This document shows, piece by piece, positions 1 through 6,756 of a DNA stretch of 6,756 nucleotides (within the stretch, counting starts at the first letter, position 1; each line of letters opens with the position of its first letter). The notes under the pieces were generated by a model. That model did no database searches, was not told the DNA's origin, and saw only the letters and a program-made list of their open reading frames with translations. This DNA comes from Geosiphon pyriformis uo1. Taxonomy: Eukaryota; Fungi; Glomeromycota. The stretch is from NCBI GenBank assembly GCA_016748015.1, contig JAAOMT010000113.1, positions 1 to 6,756 on the forward strand, written 5' to 3'. Both the position numbers and the translations under genes were made by a program.

Positions 1-172
1 TCTCAAATTTTCTACGCCTTTCCTTAATCATAAGTCGACCGCTTATTTGATGGAACTTCAAGATCCCAATTTATTAAATTTAACTTTTCAACTTGTGACT
101 ATATATACAACTTGATATTTATTAAACATCTTTACAAATAATATTATAAAAATAACATTTAAAGTTTGCTAT

Positions 173-601
173 CTAGATTGAAACAACATTTCCGCTACCA
201 ATAAGAGCATTATTTCTATAAACACTCAAGATATCACCAGCGACATTGACTCCAGGTCCATTGTTATCAAGACGAAGATCGGTGACATCAACTTGGAAAG
301 CCGAGGTACCCCCGTTCAAGATTGAGTAATTAATCTTATTCGAAAGACTATAACCACTTTTTGCAAATACAATACTATAACTAGATGTGCTGCCCTGGAA
401 CCCGGTATTGAATTGACCATAGATTCGGGTGTAACCTTGAGCAAGTTGAGTAATGGTAACACGTCCTCCCAATAAATCGGCATAAGCGACAATTTGGTTT
501 TGACGACGTACAAGTGGGCTTGAGTGAGTAAGAGTGGTAAGACAGAGAATTGCCAATACCACATATAGGATGAGAGTTGAGATTGAGATTTTTCCAGACA
601 T
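173..601 (-). CDS. Small secreted protein, 142 aa (signal peptide, SPLVRR propeptide, putative Cu/Zn-SOD-like beta fold without metal ligands), copy 1
   Basis: Intronless ORF with a hydrophobic N-terminus (LILYVVLAILCLTTLTHS), dibasic RR before Q, A-rich start context (acaaaATG), upstream TATAAAA and downstream AATAAA. The fold call is pattern-based inference. Confidence 0.9.
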   Translation of the reverse strand: MSGKISISTLILYVVLAILCLTTLTHSSPLVRRQNQIVAYADLLGGRVTITQLAQGYTRIYGQFNTGFQGSTSSYSIVFAKSGYSLSNKINYSILNGGTSAFQVDVTDLRLDNNGPGVNVAGDILSVYRNNALIGSGNVVSI

Positions 602-717
602 TTTGTTTAGATATATTTTTTGAGACTCGTTAATGTGTTTGTGTATCCTTTGTTTGTAGAATGAAAGTTAACTTTGTGAAAGTGAAGAAAGAAAGTAGAG
701 TTCGGGAAAGTGGAATC

Positions 718-724
718 TTTTATA
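718..724 (-). promoter_or_regulatory. Putative TATA box of copy 1
   Basis: TATAAAA on the minus strand 123 nt upstream of the ATG, followed by a CT-rich tract typical of fungal core promoters. Confidence 0.6.
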
Positions 725-783
725 GCTTTAAAAATTTCCAAATTCCTGGAGTAAATTAAGGGCGGCTTAGTTACTAGATCTTT

Positions 784-1035
784 TTAGAGGAAAGCCATGG
801 AGATCAACATAGACATCATAGCCTCGAGTTACGTGATCAAAGCCGCATCATACATGTTTTTATTCATATACTGAAATTTTCCGAGCCACCATAGCCTGCG
901 GCTATGTTAACACTCCCATATCTAGACAAAATTAATCACTAAAACATGATAATCCAATTAAAAGACACCTTTAATAATAGTAATGGTAATGATAATGACC
1001 ATATAATAGTAATTATTATTATATCTTTTAAATCC
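784..1035. repeat. Diverged inward extension of left arm (patchy inverted homology to 5741..5973)
   Basis: 874-933 (aaattttccgagccaccatagcctgcggctatgttaacactcccatatctagacaaaatta) aligns to the reverse complement of 5832-5890 with few changes. Further shared blocks: tagagga(a)agcca, tttttattcat, catgataatcc, taatggtaatgataat, atatcttttaaa.cc. Confidence 0.85.
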
Positions 1036-1657
1036 TACCTAACTTTTTGAGTATTAAGTTAGAATAATTAGCAGAGATAGTTTAGATTAAAAAATTTACC
1101 TATAGCAAGGATTAACTTGAAAAACTAATCGTCATTTCCTTAGTCGTAACTAGCTTTGTTTGAAGATTGAACTCTCAAACTAGGTCATAATAAAATAAGA
1201 AACCAAGAATAGAGAAAAGCTGGTGATTTCAATCGTTATTTTAATCTTTAACAGTTACCTTATTTATACAGTTTATTTTAACCTTTTAAGATGACTTAAA
1301 AGGATTTAAGAATAATGGTTCTAATTACTGTTTTAATAATTAAGATAGGATATAAATAAATAAATAAATTTATTTTAAAAAAATCAAAATTACGTTTTTT
1401 TTCAAATTTTCAAATTTTAACATAAAAAAGCAATACACACACCAAAAAATCTTGACATGTTAAATTATTTTATTTTATTTTAGATATGCAATAATTTTAA
1501 TTGTTTAAAAGCAATTTTTTTATATCAAAAATGAGGAAAATAAAATAAAAATAAAAATCATTAAAGAAGAAATTAAAAACTAAAAATTGATATTCTTTTT
1601 TTTTTTAATTATAAAATAAATGAAGTTTGTAAAAAATAAGTTGAAATAACAAATTTA

Positions 1658-1660
<3 letters not shown>

Positions 1661-1714
<54 letters not shown>
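1661..1714. repeat. (TAT)18 microsatellite
   Basis: Read directly; lies in a very AT-rich intergenic tract. Confidence 0.95.
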
Positions 1715-1715
<1 letters not shown>

Positions 1716-1997
1716 GTACTTTCTTTTTATTATGATTTAAAAAAATATTATATATTTTAAAAAGAAAGTATCACAAAAAGTTGATCATAATATGGAAAGT
1801 TTTGCATTTGTTTGTTGAATCAAGAACTTTTAACATGAAGATTTTTAATCCTTAATTTTGGCTTTAAAAAATCCGGATAGATACTATCAGCATTTGTTTT
1901 TCATTTTTTAACACAGAATCTTGAATGATATCGCAAAATATTTTCAAACATAAATCAATGCAAAGATCGAGAATTTTGTTAAACATGTAATAAGCTT

Positions 1998-2023
1998 TCA
2001 GGGTTAGGGTTAGGGTTAGGGTT
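1998..2023 (+). repeat. Interstitial telomere-like repeat TCAGGG(TTAGGG)3TT
   Basis: Direct read tcagggttagggttagggttagggtt; TTAGGG is the common fungal telomere unit. Confidence 0.85.
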
Positions 2024-2370
2024 TTTTAGATGTTTCATATGATAATTTTTAAACATTTTTATTTTTTCTAATTACATAATCAATAAACATATTATCGTGA
2101 TTTTTACAAAGAATATTTTTCAACTGAAAATATTTTCCTATTAAAATCTATTTTTTGTGATCTGAGAAAATGAAATAACAAAGAATTTAATTAACTTTTA
2201 GAGTCAAAAATCCATAAATGTAATCACATTTGATAATAAAAAGTATCTCATGCTTGTCTATCATCATATAGGAATTCTCTTAAACAAAATTCCTTGATAT
2301 CCAAATTATTTTCAAAATTTTAATTATAAATAAAAAAACAAAATTTCTCAATGAAACATGATTAAAAGAT

Positions 2371-2377
2371 TATAAAA
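2371..2377 (+). promoter_or_regulatory. Candidate TATA box of the lipase-like gene
   Basis: TATAAAA 133 nt upstream of ATG 2504, similar spacing to the arm genes; the AT-rich context weakens it. Confidence 0.35.
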
Positions 2378-2503
2378 ATGAAGTAAAAGATTTTTCAAAA
2401 CATCGTGAATTCTTTTAACGCTGAAAAATTTCAGTTCAAAAGATTCCCTGTGGTAATATGAAATTTCTAGAATATTCGGCCTGCCAAATATATCGCCTTT
2501 ATC

Positions 2504-2786
2504 ATGGGTTTCAAAACAAAATTATTATTGTCACATCATCGACGAGTTTTCCTTCTTTCTTTGATTATATTGTCCCTTTGGTTTCATGGAATTTGGTTCA
2601 TTTTCTTTTCTTCATCAAATACAAAATCAATTAGTGTTTTCCCTTTAAATTTATCAACAGATAATTGGTCAGAAGAATCAATAAGATTCATTAAACCAAA
2701 ACTTAAACCCATAATAAGCTCTGTAGAAATTTCGAAATCACCCAACCTTATTCATAAAAAAATTAATTCATATTCAAATAGAAAAG

Positions 2787-2818
<32 letters not shown>

Positions 2819-3986
2819 CCCCTAAATTTATTAGCCACTAAAGCAAGAAGAAACTTGCAGAGGAAGAACAACCACCTAACACCAGAGTTAGTAACAGATC
2901 AAAATTTATTAAGACTTTTCAAAGAAGCGGCTAATTGGTCCCAAAAAGCAGAATGTTTAACAATTGAAGATAGATTTGCTACAGGAATTTATGGTATGAG
3001 ATTTCTTGAAATGTTTTTAAAAAGAAACAAGAATATGTTTAAAGAAGTCTAAATAAAATTCTCTTTGATAATTTATAAATTAGCCAAAGGGATCATTAAT
3101 CCAAATGTTGTCAATAAATCGCAAATTATTGTTTATATTAAAGGGACACCACCCGAAATGAACTATGATGAATGGAGTAATCGAATAAGTGATATGATGA
3201 AATTTGCTGGTGTTCCAAAATCTTTTAGTAATGTTATGATTGATAAAGGTTTTCACAAGAACTTAAAAAATTCCAGATTCAACATTCTCGCATATTTGCT
3301 GAAATTTAAAGAAGATCCTGAATTTGCACCATTTGATCATGAATTTGTTTTTACTGGGTTCGGAATGGGAGGGGGCAAGTTCTTTTTTAAAGTTTTTCAT
3401 ATATATATATATACTCTGTGTAAAATTGGAAATTAAATTTTTTCATCTTTTTATTCTTTAGTATTAGCAGTTCTTGTCGCTTTGGTATACGGCAAAAAAT
3501 ATGATTGCATACCAACTGTAATTACGTTTGGATCTCCTCGAATTGGAAACAACTTTTTCACTGAATTCGTTAAGGGAAAATTAAAGGCTTATAGGATTAC
3601 CTATGGGGATGATTACGTTCCCGGTTTTCCAAAACGAACTTATCTTCACCATCCGACAGAATATTGGATCCCATTACAGAATTGTGATTGTGTAAATGAA
3701 ATCCAAGTTTACAAGTGTTTACCGTCTGAAGTAAAGGTTTTTTCATTCATTCATGTCGATAAAATATATGAGGAGAATCAGGTAAAAAATGTTTGTTTTT
3801 ATTGGGATCATGAATCATGGTTAAAGAAAATTACCTTGTCGAGATTGAATGGCTAAAATCATATATGTCTTACTCATATTTTAATAGAATTGCAATGCTC
3901 AATTTCATGGAAAAAAACCTGAAACAGATAATCATCATGGCCCATACTTTGGATTTATGATGGGAGAAAAATGTGGAAGAGAATAG
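2504..3986 (+). CDS. Class-3 lipase-fold (alpha/beta hydrolase) protein, 399 aa, N-terminal signal/anchor, catalytic Ser replaced by Gly; exons 2504-2993, 3084-3374, 3462-3781, 3888-3986
   Basis: Three ORF fragments plus a terminal exon join in phase (1200 nt including the stop). Motifs occur in order: IIVYIKGT, IDKGF, FVFTGFGMGGVLAVLVAL, VITFGSPRIGN, RITYGDDYVPGFP, YLHHPTEYWI, EENQNCN, NHHGPYFG. Confidence 0.9.
2789..2818 (+). repeat. (CAA)10 coding microsatellite (poly-Q)
   Basis: Read directly; encodes Q10 in the stalk between the anchor and the lipase domain. Confidence 0.95.
2994..3083 (+). other. Intron 1 (GT-AG, 90 nt, phase 1)
   Basis: G|gtatga ... attag|CC restores GCC (Ala) and joins the 2504 and 3065 frames. 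Confidence 0.8.
3375..3461 (+). other. Intron 2 (GC-AG, 87 nt, phase 1)
   Basis: G|gcaagt ... pyrimidine tract tttag|TA gives GTA (Val) and GMGG-V-LAVL, matching GxSxGGALA spacing. Confidence 0.8.
3782..3887 (+). other. Intron 3 (GT-AG, 106 nt, phase 0)
   Basis: CAG|gtaaaa ... tactcat (branch-like) ... aatag|AAT TGC; adds the terminal exon NCNAQFHGKKPETDNHHGPYFGFMMGEKCGRE*. Confidence 0.85.
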
Positions 3987-4584
3987 AAGAAGATAATAAT
4001 AATATTTGAAAAGTTATTTATTAAACAATCATCTTGGCAATGAAAATTATATTGAATATCCTTTCCCAAAATTAGTAAATTGAATATAAGATATGATTTT
4101 TCAAGTTCATATAGTATAAAATGTTCGCTCATTTCTAAGTCCAAATTAAACCTCTGGCGGGCCAATTCAAAATTGGTAATCTTTTGAAATTAACTCCTAT
4201 TTTTATCCAAATGGAAAAATAATTCTTTCAAAGTTAGATTGCTTCCTATTGATTATTTTGGTCAGAGTTTATTGGATTCAATATAGAAATTAAATGATTG
4301 AAGTTGAAAAAATATATTGTTGGAAAATCATCACGTGGTGATGAGGGTAATTTGGAAGCTGAGAAAAAATATTTTTTTTACAAAACTTTAATCCGTAAAT
4401 AAAATTCATTTCTTCACTGAATTTGTGGACTTGAAGACTTTGAAAAATACTCCTATACAGATTAGAATCACGTATGTATAACATCAATTTTACAAAAAAG
4501 ACTATTCGCAAGAAATCTCTAGGGTTTTATTCGAGCCTGAAATCTATTTTTTTTAAAAAAGTTAATTTATCAAATGATACTTTC

Positions 4585-4587
<3 letters not shown>

Positions 4588-4617
<30 letters not shown>
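4588..4617. repeat. (AAT)10 microsatellite
   Basis: Read directly. Confidence 0.95.
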
Positions 4618-4619
<2 letters not shown>

Positions 4620-4744
4620 TTGAGATTGGGTAAATAGAAATCGAAGTAAAAAATAAATAAAACGTTTTATCATTTGTGTCCCATTAATACTTATTTTCGT
4701 ACAATAAATGATTTTTGCGAATAAAGTCTGCTTTACATTAATCA

Positions 4745-5280
4745 TCCAGGTGATCGAAATCAAATGATTGTATATTCATTTCTCATTTTTCATCCTGATT
4801 AATTTTTACAGATATCAATTAAGAAATGGTTTCTTAGCACAATAACCGGAAATAAATCAATAATGCATAATTTAAAAGTGTCTTGGAAGTACTATCATTA
4901 ACCCCCTTTATTCTTGGATTTCTATTTTCTCCAATACATTTATTTACATTCGAAAAATGGTCCGTACTCAAAAAATATCTTGCTAATATAATGGCTATTT
5001 TATCAGACGAAACCAAAAATCCTTGATTATCTTCGAGCCTATTTTTTGTATCTAGTAATCCCCCCAAGTTTTCAAATTTCGTGTAAATCATTCAAGAGCA
5101 AACAATAACATCCTCCTCCTCCTCCTCCTCCTCATCATCATCATCATCATCATAATCATAATCAGCTTTCATTATTCTTGAATGGTATAAATAACTGGTA
5201 TTTATCGCAAGAGCCATTGATAAACCTTCGAATAAAAGAATCTATGTTAAGGAAGAAAAAAATTAATCTTCTAATCTCAT
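4745..5280 (-). pseudogene. Possible decayed lipase-like paralog (N-terminal portion)
   Basis: One minus frame runs 5241 to 4834 with a single internal TGA (5094-5092). A 1-nt shift near 4851 yields LLNYALLIYSGYC, which has lipase first-helix spacing, and TII*FRS follows at about 4771-4751. Confidence 0.3.
5111..5152. repeat. Compound microsatellite (TCC)7(TCA)7
   Basis: Read directly; on the minus strand it reads as poly-D/poly-E. Confidence 0.9.
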
Positions 5281-5740
5281 ATAGAATTAAAAAATTGATT
5301 ATTTAAATTCACATATTAATTTAACAATAATCAATCATACTAAAGTGATTACCTAAAGTTTCAGCACTGAATTTAACTCACATTTCCACTCTTTCGTCTT
5401 GAGTTTTGAAATGATAATTGTCAAATAACTATTATATCAGATTTAACCAGGGAATTTGACAAAAACCAATAGATGATTTTGTGTTTAAGCCAAATATGCA
5501 ATATCAATAAACTACTCGCTTCGTACAAGTAACGCTGCTTATAATGATTCAACTCTTTTTTAATAGAAAAAAGTTTTAAACTATTTCGGCTAATGCTAAA
5601 TAATCATCTGCAGCCTCATATTTTAAATTGTGATAAGCTATCCTATCTCCTAAAATAGGCATAATTAAAAGAAAATGGTCCTTCTTAGCAAATACCCTAT
5701 GTTTACAATTCAGGCCTGAAACAAATAAATGATGCAATAT

Positions 5741-5973
5741 GGCTTTAAAAGATATGATTATTATCATTACCATTATTAAAGATGGCTTCAAAGGATTATC
5801 ATGATTTAATTAATCTAAGCATAACTGCCACTAATTTTGTCTAGATGTGGGAGCATTAACATAGCCGCAGGCTATGGTGGCTCGAAATTTTTAAATTTTT
5901 AATTTTAAACTTCTAATTTATTCCTACTATTTAAAATGAATAAAAAAATATATTAAAAAGTGGCTTCCTCTAT
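5741..5973. repeat. Diverged inward extension of right arm
   Basis: Reverse-complement homology blocks to 784..1035, separated by indels. Confidence 0.85.
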
Positions 5974-6032
5974 AAAGATCTAGTAACTAAGCCGCCCTTA
6001 ATTTACTCCAGGAATTTGGAAATTTTTAAAGC

Positions 6033-6039
6033 TATAAAA
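6033..6039 (+). promoter_or_regulatory. Putative TATA box of copy 2
   Basis: gcTATAAAAg 123 nt upstream of ATG 6156, followed by a pyrimidine-rich stretch at about 6043-6098. Confidence 0.6.
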
Positions 6040-6155
6040 GATTCCACTTTCCCGAACTCTACTTTCTTTCTTCACTTTCACAAAGTTAACTTTCATTCTA
6101 CAAACAAAGGATACACAAACACATTAACGAGTCTCAAAAAATATATCTAAACAAA

Positions 6156-6584
6156 ATGTCTGGAAAAATCTCAATCTCAACTCTCATCCTATATGTGGTA
6201 TTGGCAATTCTCTGTCTTACCACTCTTACTCACTCAAGCCCACTTGTACGTCGTCAAAACCAAATTGTCGCTTATGCCGATTTATTGGGAGGACGTGTTA
6301 CCATTACTCAACTTGCTCAAGGTTACACCCGAATCTATGGTCAATTCAATACCGGGTTCCAGGGCAGCACATCTAGTTATAGTATTGTATTTGCAAAAAG
6401 TGGTTATAGTCTTTCGAATAAGATTAATTACTCAATCTTGAACGGGGGTACCTCGGCTTTCCAAGTTGATGTCACCGATCTTCGTCTTGATAACAATGGA
6501 CCTGGAGTCAATGTCGCTGGTGATATCTTGAGTGTTTATAGAAATAATGCTCTTATTGGTAGCGGAAATGTTGTTTCAATCTAG
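6156..6584 (+). CDS. Small secreted protein, 142 aa, copy 2 (identical to 173..601)
   Basis: Identical translation, with the same signal peptide, RR site and promoter/3' signals. Confidence 0.9.
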   Translation: MSGKISISTLILYVVLAILCLTTLTHSSPLVRRQNQIVAYADLLGGRVTITQLAQGYTRIYGQFNTGFQGSTSSYSIVFAKSGYSLSNKINYSILNGGTSAFQVDVTDLRLDNNGPGVNVAGDILSVYRNNALIGSGNVVSI

Positions 6585-6633
6585 ATAGCAAACTTTAAAT
6601 GTTATTTTTATAATATTATTTGTAAAGATGTTT

Positions 6634-6687
6634 AATAAATATCAAGTTGTATATATAGTCACAAGTTGAAAAGTTAAATTTAATAAA
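6634..6687 (+). terminator. Candidate polyadenylation signals of copy 2 (mirrored at 70..123 on minus)
   Basis: AATAAA at 6634-6639 and 6682-6687 downstream of the stop; weak evidence in AT-rich DNA. Confidence 0.35.
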
Positions 6688-6756
6688 TTGGGATCTTGAA
6701 GTTCCATCAAATAAGCGGTCGACTTATGATTAAGGAAAGGCGTAGAAAATTTGAGA

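Larger units (their letters stand above)
1..783. repeat. Left arm of long inverted repeat (pairs with 5974..6756); may extend beyond the window
   Basis: Position i is complementary to 6757-i. The window starts tctcaaattttctacg and ends cgtagaaaatttgaga, and the ORFs 173..601(-) and 6156..6584(+) mirror exactly. The first mismatch seen is 784 vs 5973. Confidence 0.97.
5974..6756. repeat. Right arm of long inverted repeat (pairs with 1..783)
   Basis: Reverse complement of 1..783; checked by eye at the termini, the promoter region and via identical translations. Confidence 0.97.

Noticed and set aside
316-564. 82-aa ORF (and its mirror 6193..6441)
   Set aside because: Alternate-frame overlap fully inside the better-supported 142-aa gene.
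1008-1329. Imperfect inverted ends (agtaatta...ttaaatcct) suggesting a MITE
   Set aside because: Short, gapped, low-complexity match with no target-site duplication seen.
3935-4165. 76-aa minus ORF
   Set aside because: Non-ATG start, antisense to the lipase-like last exon and 3' UTR, no recognisable motif.
4328-4344. Hairpin tcatcac-gtg-gtgatga containing CACGTG
   Set aside because: Single occurrence, not positioned upstream of a supported gene.
4290-4511. 73-aa minus ORF with faint lipase-like words (LQVHKF, LPNYPHH)
   Set aside because: Non-ATG start and motif spacing too short for the family; not supportable.
1661-4617. (TAT)18 and (AAT)10 in inverted orientation with a shared nearby agaaagtatca 11-mer, as possible deeper palindrome remnants
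   Set aside because: Flanks do not otherwise align; these microsatellites are common in AT-rich genomes.
5709-5720. Perfect 12-bp palindrome ttcaggcctgaa
   Set aside because: About one such palindrome is expected by chance in a window of this size.
5576-5791. 71-aa minus ORF
   Set aside because: TTG start; its 5' part overlaps non-coding diverged arm homology; no motif.
1-6756. Autonomous transposon, CRISPR array or prokaryotic operon
   Set aside because: No transposase/integrase ORF and no repeat-spacer array; spliceosomal introns indicate eukaryotic DNA.

Overview
AT-rich eukaryotic DNA, most likely fungal; the gene families and intron style suggest Glomeromycotina/Mucoromycota, which is inference. 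The window is bounded by an inverted repeat: 1..783 is the reverse complement of 5974..6756 with no mismatch found by eye, and patchy diverged homology continues inward to about 1035 and 5741. Each arm carries an identical intronless gene, transcribed outward, for a 142-aa secreted protein (signal peptide, Kex2-type RR site). Its mature part resembles a Cu/Zn-SOD beta-barrel lacking all His and Cys. The ~5.2-kb spacer holds a 4-exon, 399-aa class-3 lipase-fold gene with one GC-AG intron and Gly in place of the catalytic Ser (GFGMGG). It also holds a possible decayed convergent paralog, an interstitial TTAGGG tract and several microsatellites. The most notable feature is the palindrome-like, potentially invertible cassette with apparently homogenised arms and two probable pseudo-enzyme genes.
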